A DNA stretch of 25,462 bases from a virus (Duplodnaviria; Caudoviricetes), in the IMG/VR virus record IMGVR_UViG_3300044300_002650, positions 1 to 25,462 of that record. One strand, 5' to 3'. Shown piece by piece: positions 7,005-15,992 of this stretch. The notes under the pieces are model-generated. The model saw nothing but the letters and a program-made list of their open reading frames with translations, made no database searches and was not told where the DNA came from. A program made the translations under genes and the position numbers. Numbering within the stretch: position 1 is the stretch's first letter; each line of letters starts with the position of its first letter.

Positions 7005-7742
7005 TTATTTTAATTTATAATTAATATTACCATTTTCTATATACAATCCATACCTTCTATTTATTTCCTTTCCTTCGATTGTAAATATTTTATTCTTTTC
7101 AGTTTTTGATGTTTCTATTATTTCTAAGATTGAGCTTTCTCCACAAGGCATCCCAGTGTCACAATCTAAATATTCGGTGTTTATTATTTCCACAAACTCA
7201 ATGATTGTATCAGTAGTAAAAAATTCTACATACTCTGTTTCTATTATAGTATCAAACACCAATACATCCACATACTCAATTACATCAATAAACATAGTGT
7301 CTAAAGCTCCTTCCATCCATAATGTATCTGTTTGAAAAATATATTCAGGAACAAAGGTTTCTACCTCTACTGTATCAATCACAATTTGTGTAATGTATTC
7401 TGTATTGTAAATAGTATCTGTTTGAAATATTGTTTCATATATATAAACAGGAACATCTACATAAATGGTATCACAAAGTGGTGGCGGTGGTATGCAGTCC
7501 AAAGGTAATGTAGGCACTACATCAACACCCTCATCACTTGCATCTACACAATCGATCCATCCATCATTAATCCATGAATTTTGAACACACCCTAGTGGTG
7601 CATACTGAGTCCAATTAGATGGGTCATCTCCACAATAAAATCCTTCAGCTGCGGCACAGTCTAAACAAAGTTGTTGATAATCGTAATCCTGTCCAAAAGC
7701 AAGTGAGCTTAGGAAGGTTATTAATAATAGTATTTTTTTCAT
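7005..7742 (-). CDS. Secreted acidic protein: LDL-receptor class A-like module, DT-repeat stalk, T9SS CTD-like tail
   Basis: Signal peptide AFG|Q; CVQNSWINDGWIDCVDASDE; repeated DTI/DTV/DTL/DTM; IFTIEGKEI..YGLYIENG..YKLK end. Confidence 0.65.
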   Translation of the reverse strand: MKKILLLITFLSSLAFGQDYDYQQLCLDCAAAEGFYCGDDPSNWTQYAPLGCVQNSWINDGWIDCVDASDEGVDVVPTLPLDCIPPPPLCDTIYVDVPVYIYETIFQTDTIYNTEYITQIVIDTVEVETFVPEYIFQTDTLWMEGALDTMFIDVIEYVDVLVFDTIIETEYVEFFTTDTIIEFVEIINTEYLDCDTGMPCGESSILEIIETSKTEKNKIFTIEGKEINRRYGLYIENGNINYKLK

Positions 7743-7744
7743 TC

Positions 7745-8779
7745 TTAAAATATTAAATAATTAAACCCAAATTTACATTCATAAATATCCTTTTCCCAAA
7801 AACGCATATAATTCGTTTCTACAAAAAAGCCTAAAGATTTTGTTATTTTTAATCCTGCAACCAACCCTAAATCTAAATCAATTGGTGTGCCTGCATATTG
7901 GTGACTATATTCGGACAATCCATAATGAATAGGTAATATATTAACCCAAGTCAATAACCAATAATTATCTTTATAATAATAATATGACAATCCCATCACC
8001 AATGATAACTCGTTAACTCGACCTAAATCATCTAAAAAGTTTTGATTATATTCAGCTATTGCACTACCAAAATAATGTTTAAAAAACTCATCATTTGAAG
8101 TAGCAAGTAAATCTCCATCTTTAAACCAATACCATTGTCCTTGCACATATTGAGTTGAATATCCAAAATCATTTGCTAAATCCTGAAAGGTGTTTTCCCC
8201 ATTCGACCACACATCTTCAATAGGATTTAGATGATATACATCATGCTTTCTACCACAACCCCCAAAACTTAAATCTAACCCTCCTTTATTTATTCTATAT
8301 CTTAAATCTAATGATGAAAAACTTAAATCTCTCATATCATCATTTTTAATCTGTGCTTTAGCAATAAATTTATCACTTACATACCTAAGCCAAAAATCAG
8401 AATTAGTAAATGTTTCTGATTGGTTTCTGATAAAAGAATAATTAAACAAATACTCCCAACCATTGAATCTAGATAGAGTTGTATAATCTGAAACGCTTTT
8501 TTCATCTCCATAATACCAAACCTGTCTTTTAGCCTCAAAATCAAAGCGAGCAATTTTCCTGATTCCAATAGTCGCATTTATATCAAATGGGTTTATTTGC
8601 GTAGTTTCTTCATATCCTTTATTTACAGCAATATAGTCTTGTGTTTCTATTGTAGAAGTTGACATTGTAAATGAACTATACACAGTTGCATATTGAAAAA
8701 AACCTTGTGATTTACAAGTTCCCATTCCTAATATTAAAAGTATTAATATAAAATATATATGAATATGATTTAGTTTCAT
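7745..8779 (-). CDS. Putative outer-membrane beta-barrel protein
   Basis: N-terminal signal peptide (..GTCKS|Q), many alternating amphipathic aromatic strands, C-terminal KFGFNYLIF beta-signal ending in Phe. Confidence 0.7.
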   Translation of the reverse strand: MKLNHIHIYFILILLILGMGTCKSQGFFQYATVYSSFTMSTSTIETQDYIAVNKGYEETTQINPFDINATIGIRKIARFDFEAKRQVWYYGDEKSVSDYTTLSRFNGWEYLFNYSFIRNQSETFTNSDFWLRYVSDKFIAKAQIKNDDMRDLSFSSLDLRYRINKGGLDLSFGGCGRKHDVYHLNPIEDVWSNGENTFQDLANDFGYSTQYVQGQWYWFKDGDLLATSNDEFFKHYFGSAIAEYNQNFLDDLGRVNELSLVMGLSYYYYKDNYWLLTWVNILPIHYGLSEYSHQYAGTPIDLDLGLVAGLKITKSLGFFVETNYMRFWEKDIYECKFGFNYLIF

Positions 8780-8780
8780 T

Positions 8781-9587
8781 TTAATAACCTATTAATTGAT
8801 ATTGTGTAAATATTCTTAATGTAAAATCTGTTGATGAAAAACTCCCACTTGCTTCAATCTCCAATGCCTCTCCATAAACACTACTGTTTTGGATTCTATG
8901 TGTGCTTGTTCCTGTTAAAGGAACAATCCATGTTGAATTAGATCTAGCGCTTCTATTAAAAGAACTAATTGCTGCTAAATAGTTAGTAGTGTTCCCTCCA
9001 TTATATCGGATATATAGTGTTCTGTTTTGACTCTCATTCGAGCTGACATATCCATTTACTTCAATCCATATTTGTAGAGGAAAAATATAACTATTTGCAT
9101 CTGCACTTACTAATGTTTGTTCTGTTGTTCCTAAACCTTGATACGCAGCATTATCTAAATCAGTAATAGAAAGATATAATCCGTTTCCAATGGAGCGTGT
9201 GATGCGACTATTAGTAAAAAAAATATAAGAACCTGATGGTAAAGGAGGTAAATCAATTGAAGTTATATTTAATGTGGTATCAGTTGCACTACAGGATTGA
9301 GAAACTACCACCTTTGTATAAGAATTATTTACCTTGCTTGCAATATATAATTCATCACCTTTTCGGATTATATCTTGCCCTATTGCTTTAATAGTTAAAG
9401 CGGTAGTTGTTCCATAAGCATCTGCATTTAGTGTGGTAACATTTGTTCTGTCTTGTGCGTTTTTAAGACCACCTCTCAGCACATTTATTCTATGTTGGTC
9501 ATATAAATCTGCTTTTGCCTTTTTGATAAGAGTTCGGGATTTTTTCCATATTTTCCCCCCATGATAATTTACTACTGCTTTTGTCAT
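8781..9587 (-). CDS. Tail-associated protein / possible receptor-binding protein
   Basis: Last gene of the tail block; Ser/Thr-rich beta-type sequence; no signal peptide. Confidence 0.55.
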   Translation of the reverse strand: MTKAVVNYHGGKIWKKSRTLIKKAKADLYDQHRINVLRGGLKNAQDRTNVTTLNADAYGTTTALTIKAIGQDIIRKGDELYIASKVNNSYTKVVVSQSCSATDTTLNITSIDLPPLPSGSYIFFTNSRITRSIGNGLYLSITDLDNAAYQGLGTTEQTLVSADANSYIFPLQIWIEVNGYVSSNESQNRTLYIRYNGGNTTNYLAAISSFNRSARSNSTWIVPLTGTSTHRIQNSSVYGEALEIEASGSFSSTDFTLRIFTQYQLIGY

Positions 9588-12082
9588 AAATCTGCTTGAA
9601 ATAATATATTAGGATTGTTAATAAAAGGGTCATTGTTCTGTTCATAATAACTGTCATCTTGAATATTAGATTCTGTGTTATCATCCATTTGTTGCAGGTG
9701 CATATGCCATGTGTTTGTCATAGCGGTATATGTTCCCCCTATTGGAAAAAAACCAACTATATCATCTGATGCTGTTTCATTTAAACGCATATTCACTTTA
9801 AAACTGTTAAAAAAGCCAACTTCCCACGATTGATTTAAACCCATAAATTTAATATCATATTTAAATACAGGATAAGCTCTTTTTTTAATTATCTCTCTAC
9901 ATAATAATACGTGTAATGGCTTATAGGTCGAATCATGCTCCGTTCTCCAATTAGCATTATTTTGTGCTTGATTCTCAGGAACAGTTGTTGTGGGATTTGT
10001 ATCGGATGGAGATGTAATCCTAATACCTCCAAAATATGCGGTTGGGGCTAGATTAGCTTGATTTACACCACCTGCAAGCTCTGCAATCCAAGGTGGAGGG
10101 TCGCCAATAGTAAAATCAGGCTTTATGTCCATTTGCGCTGAGGCATCTGTATTATAATTAGAATACCTACCTTTTTCAAAACCAAAGTAATCTGCAATTT
10201 GCGAACCATCAAACAGCATATTTGCTTTTAAATCATTTATCGTATAACTAAAATCCTCAATTGAAATTTGACCTGCGCTAATAAGGCTTAAAAATGAACC
10301 GCTAAACATTCTTGATGTTGAGAAATTAGAAAATTCCAATCTAAGTCTTTTCAAATATGCTTGGTCAGGCGAAAAAGGATTTGGGTAAGATTCTGAAACA
10401 ATAGAAAAAGGAATAGTAATACTTTGTATTTCATCATTTACAAGTGGTGGATTATCAAGTTGGAAAGTTACTCTCGGAGTCGTATCATTATCAAAATCTG
10501 TAACAACATTTGACCACGTTGCAGTAGGTCCTCCATTTGACCCAAAAGTTCCATCTAAAAATCTCATAGTTTCCCCATCATCCAAATCATCACCATTATT
10601 TTGTGCTTGTGCATACTGAGATGCGCTTTTATTGGTAAGAACTGTTCTCACTCCCATATAGACTTTAAATGATGTATCAATAAAACTATTTTCCCCTGCT
10701 ATAATAGCATCCAAAGGAGCATAACTCCAAGAAAATCTATAATTAAAGGTTAGTTTTCCTGTGATAACTAAGTTATCCTGACCTGCAGTTATAGGAATAA
10801 ACCATCCATTATTATTAGCTCCTAAAGCTGTATAAGGCATATCAGCAGGAAAATAAGGAGTATTTATTTGATAATCAGGAGGCGCTACAGTAATTGAATT
10901 GCTACCAATCCAATTCATATATCCGTTAGGTGATACAGCAAACCCATAAGCCGCCCAACAAATTAGATTGGAATAAGTTGCATCTGTAGAAGTCGCTTGA
11001 TTTAGCGGAAAACTTACAAGGTCGTGAAAATAATTAGTAGAAACTCTACCTAACGGAGCAGCATAACTAATTTTATTACCTTTTAATTTAGGTCTATTCG
11101 CAGCTATATCATAACCAATAGAACGTGTAATAGTCATAGCAGGTGACTCTAAGGTAGATGTGTTAGGAACTAAATATTCATACTCCGTTAAAGCTGTATT
11201 TGATGAATCGTAAGCCTGATTATTAAATATTCTACATGAAGTTGTTATAGCTTCTGTAGCTTCACTAAACATCACAGAGCGGTCAAACATCCACCAAGTT
11301 CCTCCCACTAATTCATTTATCTTAAATGATTGAAAAAATTGAAAACCAAATAAAGTAGCAAGCTGATCCAATATTTCATAATAAGTCATAAACTCATTAT
11401 TATCTTTTCGAAATGCCGCTTCATTAACTAGAGCTAATTTATATGGGTTATAAGTATCTTTCCACGTAGAATCAGTTATATTTCCCATATTTTCATGAAA
11501 TCTATTAGATGTGTTTCTAATAGTTATTGTAGATGTTCCCCCTGAGCTTGGGAACATAGTTGAATAATAAAGAGTTTGTTCAATAGATGATTGAAAATAT
11601 TGTAACACACAAAGCCATGAAGCGCCTGTTTTTGGTGAATAGATTTTTTGTTTTAATTTAGCCATACCATCAGTAGCCCTAATTCTTATTCTCTGTGGAA
11701 AAGGTTGGTCCGCAATTGTAACTGTATCATCTATTATATCGCCCCCCCAAGAATTTATCCAAGTGTCCTCAGATACATTATAATGCTGCATAATGACAAA
11801 CAATTTAGATTCATTATTCTGTAACAAATCTCCATAAATATTTCCTGTAGTGGGTGTTCCTGTAGCAGCAGGATTTTCAGTAATTAAAAAATCAAATGTA
11901 AAAGTTGATGCTTTTATTCCTTTATAGTGAGCATCATTCGTGCCTTCATACTTTAATTTAAATCCATCCATTCCAGCTTTAAATTCGCACACACTTCCAC
12001 TATAACTAACATGATATATATTTATTCTAAATCGTGTATCGTTATTACTATAAAATTCACATTGATATTTAATTCCAGCCAT
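9584..12082 (-). CDS. Large tail-tip/hub protein
   Basis: Immediately after tape measure; N-terminal KYQCEF...RINIY...GFKLKYEG..IKAS and RIRATDGMAKLK hub-like pattern. Confidence 0.7.
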   Translation of the reverse strand: MAGIKYQCEFYSNNDTRFRINIYHVSYSGSVCEFKAGMDGFKLKYEGTNDAHYKGIKASTFTFDFLITENPAATGTPTTGNIYGDLLQNNESKLFVIMQHYNVSEDTWINSWGGDIIDDTVTIADQPFPQRIRIRATDGMAKLKQKIYSPKTGASWLCVLQYFQSSIEQTLYYSTMFPSSGGTSTITIRNTSNRFHENMGNITDSTWKDTYNPYKLALVNEAAFRKDNNEFMTYYEILDQLATLFGFQFFQSFKINELVGGTWWMFDRSVMFSEATEAITTSCRIFNNQAYDSSNTALTEYEYLVPNTSTLESPAMTITRSIGYDIAANRPKLKGNKISYAAPLGRVSTNYFHDLVSFPLNQATSTDATYSNLICWAAYGFAVSPNGYMNWIGSNSITVAPPDYQINTPYFPADMPYTALGANNNGWFIPITAGQDNLVITGKLTFNYRFSWSYAPLDAIIAGENSFIDTSFKVYMGVRTVLTNKSASQYAQAQNNGDDLDDGETMRFLDGTFGSNGGPTATWSNVVTDFDNDTTPRVTFQLDNPPLVNDEIQSITIPFSIVSESYPNPFSPDQAYLKRLRLEFSNFSTSRMFSGSFLSLISAGQISIEDFSYTINDLKANMLFDGSQIADYFGFEKGRYSNYNTDASAQMDIKPDFTIGDPPPWIAELAGGVNQANLAPTAYFGGIRITSPSDTNPTTTVPENQAQNNANWRTEHDSTYKPLHVLLCREIIKKRAYPVFKYDIKFMGLNQSWEVGFFNSFKVNMRLNETASDDIVGFFPIGGTYTAMTNTWHMHLQQMDDNTESNIQDDSYYEQNNDPFINNPNILFQADL

Positions 12083-14617
12083 TTATGATAATCTGTTTGT
12101 TGTATTTGTTTCTCTTTGATTACTAAGCATGATTCCTGAACCATCAATATATCCATCAACTGTCATGTGTGATGAACGCTGTTGACCGCCTCCAAATAAA
12201 TTTGTTCCTGCAACAATTGAATCTCTTGGAGATAATGAAAATGCTCCTTCAGGACCTACTATATATCGACCTTGCGAAGGTCCAAAGGCAACATCTCCAA
12301 CATTTGTAATACCAGCCATAGTGTCCAATCCTGCGGCTAAATTCATAGGAGCTACAGGTAATCCAAGCGCTTGCATAACTGTTCTTAAAACAAGAGTTTT
12401 TATAATCATTTTTAAAACCTCCTGAGTCATACTTTTCATAAATCCTTTAAACGCTTCTTTCATACTTTCCCCTTCTACAATTGCAGTTGACAGCGCATCC
12501 GCCATACCTTCGCCAAATCTAGTTGCAAAGCTCTCAAATTCCTGCGCCATAATATTAACACCCTCTGACCAAGATGTGCTAATATTGTCAACAAATTGTT
12601 GAAATTTAGTTTGTTGCTCATCTAAATCCATTCCCAAAACTAATTCCTCTCCTCCATCACCTGTTTCATCAGGTTGCGCATCAGCTGCTGATGTGTCACC
12701 ATACAAGTTATCCATTCCCATGAACCCTGTAATCTCACCCCACATCTCGCTGAACATATTTTTCAAAAACTCTCCTGCATCATCAAAAGGTTTTTGTATA
12801 TCTTCAGGAGTAACTGTTCCTTCAATTCTCCCATCTTCCACATTATCCATTACATTATCCCAAATGTTTTCAGAATTATCATGGAAATCACTAAAAATAT
12901 CACTTAAATCATCCGCCAAATTTGATTCACTTGTGTCCTCTTTATCTCCTGATTTATAGGATGGACCATCAGGACCAAACAGAAGATTATCCATATTAAA
13001 CCCAAAAGCATCTCCCATAAGGTTATTCATAATAGCTGCCTGCGGTTTAGTAGCCATAAAACCCCCATAAATTTTTTCTGCTGTGGAAGCATCTCCTAAT
13101 TTTTGGAATCTACCTATTGTGTTATTTACAGTAGTTTTTATTTTTTCTGCCAAAAACTCAATGATTGATACAGCTAATTCAAAAACAGTAACTACTATTT
13201 GAACCATTTGAGCAAGTAAACCCATTATTCCCCAAATCAATCCCCTAAATTCTACAGTATTATTATAAAAATCAATAAATTTATTTGCTGCATTTGCAAT
13301 TCCAATTTTTATGCTATCCCAGTAATAAACAATCAAAGCTAACACCCCAGCCATTAAAGCTAATTTAGGATTATTCATTAAGAATTTAGCAAATGATGTT
13401 CCCACACTTCCAAGCATTGTAACAAGGCTACCCACACCCATTAAAATTGGTCCACCTGCTGCAAAAGCAACAGCAAGTTGTGTGATAAATTCTTTGGTTT
13501 CAGGATTCAGTTCTTTCCATTTAGAAACTAAATTTTTGATCCATTCAGAAAACTGTAAAATAACAGGAACTAATGCTGTTCCAAGCTCAATGAGAGCATC
13601 TTTTAATTCTTGAAGGGCTTGATTTAATTTAAAGGATGCTGTTTCTTCTACAATTTCAAAGGATTCATTTAATGCGCCTTGACTATCCACCAAGCTGCTC
13701 AGAACTTGCTCATAAGTTTCAGCTTGTGTTCCTGCTGTTCCTAATACAGTTGTCAATGCTCTAACATTACCAAATAATGATGAGATTGCTTCATCATTAT
13801 CACCAAATGTTTCCATTAAGTGTGTTAAAGTAAGCATTAAACCCCTCTCACCAACCATTTTCCTAACATCTTCTATGCTTAATCCATAAGACTTTAAAGC
13901 TAATTTGGCTTGTGCGGTTGGCTTTATAAGAGCTGACATTACCCCCCTTAGACCTGTCGCAGCTTCTTCAGCACTAACCCCTAATTTTGTAAATGTTGCA
14001 ATAGATGCACCTACTTCTTCAAAAGTAATACCTAATGTAGCGGCTAAAGGTGTAACTCGACCTAAAACAGGAGCAAGTGTTTCCGCCTCCAATTTACCCT
14101 CTCTAACTGTTTTTAATAAAATATCTGATGCTTGGGCAGCTGTTAGATTAGTATCAGCATAAGCATTTAAAACACCTGATAATGCACTTGCGACAGATTT
14201 AGTTTCTCCTAATCCTATTGCAGTTGATTTTGCTGACATTTCAAGCGCAGCTAAAGCATCATCACCCCTTAAACCTGCTGAAGTTATATCAAATAAGGCT
14301 TCAGCTAATTCATTTGCACTTACTCCTGTTTCAGTAGCTAAATTTCTAACTTCTTCAGAAAACCTTGAAACTTCAGAAGCGGATATACCAACCAATGTCC
14401 TAATCTTAGTCATTGATTTATCAAAATCTAAAGCTGTTTTAGCTGCATAACCCCCTAATAAAGCAAAAGGAACAGAGAAGTTTCGTGTAATAGATGATCC
14501 AATAGACTGCATTGAAGCGCCAAAAGCCTTCATACTTGCAGTTGTCTTGGTTATTTGTGATTGAAATTGTTTAGTGTTTAAGGTCAGAAAAACACTAATA
14601 TTTTTTGATAGAGGCAT
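12083..14617 (-). CDS. Tail tape measure protein (TP901 family)
   Basis: DFDKSMTKI...SANELAEALFDITSAG...AATGLRGVM core; Ala/Leu-rich helical sequence with hydrophobic segments; follows the chaperones. Confidence 0.93.
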   Translation of the reverse strand: MPLSKNISVFLTLNTKQFQSQITKTTASMKAFGASMQSIGSSITRNFSVPFALLGGYAAKTALDFDKSMTKIRTLVGISASEVSRFSEEVRNLATETGVSANELAEALFDITSAGLRGDDALAALEMSAKSTAIGLGETKSVASALSGVLNAYADTNLTAAQASDILLKTVREGKLEAETLAPVLGRVTPLAATLGITFEEVGASIATFTKLGVSAEEAATGLRGVMSALIKPTAQAKLALKSYGLSIEDVRKMVGERGLMLTLTHLMETFGDNDEAISSLFGNVRALTTVLGTAGTQAETYEQVLSSLVDSQGALNESFEIVEETASFKLNQALQELKDALIELGTALVPVILQFSEWIKNLVSKWKELNPETKEFITQLAVAFAAGGPILMGVGSLVTMLGSVGTSFAKFLMNNPKLALMAGVLALIVYYWDSIKIGIANAANKFIDFYNNTVEFRGLIWGIMGLLAQMVQIVVTVFELAVSIIEFLAEKIKTTVNNTIGRFQKLGDASTAEKIYGGFMATKPQAAIMNNLMGDAFGFNMDNLLFGPDGPSYKSGDKEDTSESNLADDLSDIFSDFHDNSENIWDNVMDNVEDGRIEGTVTPEDIQKPFDDAGEFLKNMFSEMWGEITGFMGMDNLYGDTSAADAQPDETGDGGEELVLGMDLDEQQTKFQQFVDNISTSWSEGVNIMAQEFESFATRFGEGMADALSTAIVEGESMKEAFKGFMKSMTQEVLKMIIKTLVLRTVMQALGLPVAPMNLAAGLDTMAGITNVGDVAFGPSQGRYIVGPEGAFSLSPRDSIVAGTNLFGGGQQRSSHMTVDGYIDGSGIMLSNQRETNTTNRLS

Positions 14618-14938
14618 TTATTTTCTTGCTTTATGAATTATATAATCAATTTTACTTTTCTCGCTTTTTTTACTCTCAGCTCTCTCCCAATCAAACTTAA
14701 CCAATTGTTGAGGTCGTATTTGTTGGTGTCTTTTTCTTTCACTATTGATTAATGCAACAGTTTGGAATCTAACACGTTCCCATTCAAATTGCTCTTTCCT
14801 TTCTAGTAATTCAAAAAATCCTTCACTTTTTAAACTGAATGTTTTGGGTGTCATATCCCAAAATTCATCCTCAGTTAATCCTAATTGCCCTAACCCTATT
14901 TTTAAACAGTTTTCAAAGGTTGGGGGGGTTACTTTCCC
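14618..14938 (-). CDS. Tail assembly chaperone gpT-like segment, read by -1 frameshift from the upstream chaperone
   Basis: The -1 frame is open from the slippery site: GKVTPPTFENCLKIGLGQLGLTEDEFWDMTPKTF, continuing into ORF 14618-14854. Confidence 0.8.
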   Translation of the reverse strand, partial: GKVTPPTFENCLKIGLGQLGLTEDEFWDMTPKTFSLKSEGFFELLERKEQFEWERVRFQTVALINSERKRHQQIRPQQLVKFDWERAESKKSEKSKIDYIIHKARK

Positions 14939-14953
14939 CCCTTTACCTTTTTT
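14922..14953 (-). promoter_or_regulatory. Programmed -1 ribosomal frameshift signal
   Basis: In-frame A AAA AAG (14947-14953) and G GGA AAG (14932-14938, the lambda G/T heptamer); G6-AAAGTAA-C7 hairpin. Confidence 0.8.
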
Positions 14954-15273
14954 ATGTTAGAGTTTTTTTTACTCACTTGTGACATTGAATCACTAAATAT
15001 TTGCATAGCATCTGTCAACGCTTGTTGGTCGGTATCTAACCAATCGGCAACATCATCAAATGTGATATTAAATTCTAATTTTGATTTTCTTGCTCCATGT
15101 TTCAGTCCACAATAAACCATATTAATTGCAGTTGAGATAGGCATATTATCACCAAGTTTAGCTAAATCCGCCATTGTTAAACCACAAGCATCACACCAAT
15201 CTGATAGAGTTGCAAAGCCATAATGAACAGGTCGCATATTACCACCTATTGCTATTTTTTTTAGTTCTTTCAT
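14929..15273 (-). CDS. Tail assembly chaperone (gpG-like)
   Basis: Between tail tube and tape measure; ends in slippery sequences. Confidence 0.85.
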   Translation of the reverse strand: MKELKKIAIGGNMRPVHYGFATLSDWCDACGLTMADLAKLGDNMPISTAINMVYCGLKHGARKSKLEFNITFDDVADWLDTDQQALTDAMQIFSDSMSQVSKKNSNIKKVKGGK

Positions 15274-15340
15274 AGTTTTATATTAATTTTTTTAAATATA
15301 ATATATAAAAAAGCTAAAAACAATAGTGTTTAAATTGCTA

Positions 15341-15772
15341 TTAGTTTGTAGCAATAGTCAATGCTCCTGTTCCTTGTAAAGAAATACTGTATGTAGCAGC
15401 ATCTTCATTTGGAGCATTTAATGTGCATGATGTAATATATGCTTTTCCTGTATATTTATAATCACCTGCTTCATCACTCGCTTGGTTAAACTCCACATCA
15501 ATTTGTGTTCTCGATTGTAGAGCTGACATTAAATTATCCGCTGCATTTGTTTCATCTGTGGTGTAAAAAGCCTCACAATCCATTGTGAACCCATGTGCCG
15601 CAGGCAAATATGCTTTAGTGTGTGATGAATCTTTATTAGTAGTTTCAAATGTATCTAAGCTGTAACTAACTGTGCAAGATGTTGAAGCTCCTAACAAAGT
15701 AGGAGAACCGCCTCCTGATGTATCTACTGAAAGGACCAAGTCCGTTCCATTAAAAATTCCTGTTGTCGCCAT
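15341..15772 (-). CDS. Major tail (tube) protein, TP901-1-like
   Basis: FNGTDLVL...ETTNKDS...YTGKAYITS..LNAP.EDAATYSISLQGTGAL. Confidence 0.9.
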   Translation of the reverse strand: MATTGIFNGTDLVLSVDTSGGGSPTLLGASTSCTVSYSLDTFETTNKDSSHTKAYLPAAHGFTMDCEAFYTTDETNAADNLMSALQSRTQIDVEFNQASDEAGDYKYTGKAYITSCTLNAPNEDAATYSISLQGTGALTIATN

Positions 15773-15796
15773 ATTTTAAAATTCTATTTTAATTAA

Positions 15797-15991
15797 TTAA
15801 TTATTATCTTCTTCTTCTTTTTCTTTTTTGATTTTTTGTTTTTTCGGTTTTACTAAATTATGTTCATCTTCTATCCAACCCCCATTAAGTAAATTCATAT
15901 AACCTGTCTTATTAATAGGTCCATATTTATCACCTTCTTTTCTTCCATCCATTTCTCTATCTTTAATAAATGTTACTGTATATTTTTTCAT
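15797..15991 (-). CDS. Small hypothetical virion-region protein
   Basis: 64-aa ORF coupled to the upstream gene; charged C-terminal tail. Confidence 0.65.
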   Translation of the reverse strand: MKKYTVTFIKDREMDGRKEGDKYGPINKTGYMNLLNGGWIEDEHNLVKPKKQKIKKEKEEEDNN

Positions 15992-15992
15992 C

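Noticed and set aside
7190-7480. Repeats in the secreted protein considered as a CRISPR array or DGR template/variable repeat
   Set aside because: Short, degenerate, in-frame coding repeats; no spacers and no reverse transcriptase or cas genes in the genome
8377-8577. 66-aa minus-strand ORF nested in the beta-barrel gene, considered as an embedded o-spanin
   Set aside because: No N-terminal lipobox Cys or Pro-rich periplasmic part; looks like an off-frame by-product
9499-9684. 61-aa ORF spanning the junction of the two tail-tip genes
   Set aside because: Fully overlaps two real genes in another frame; no supporting features
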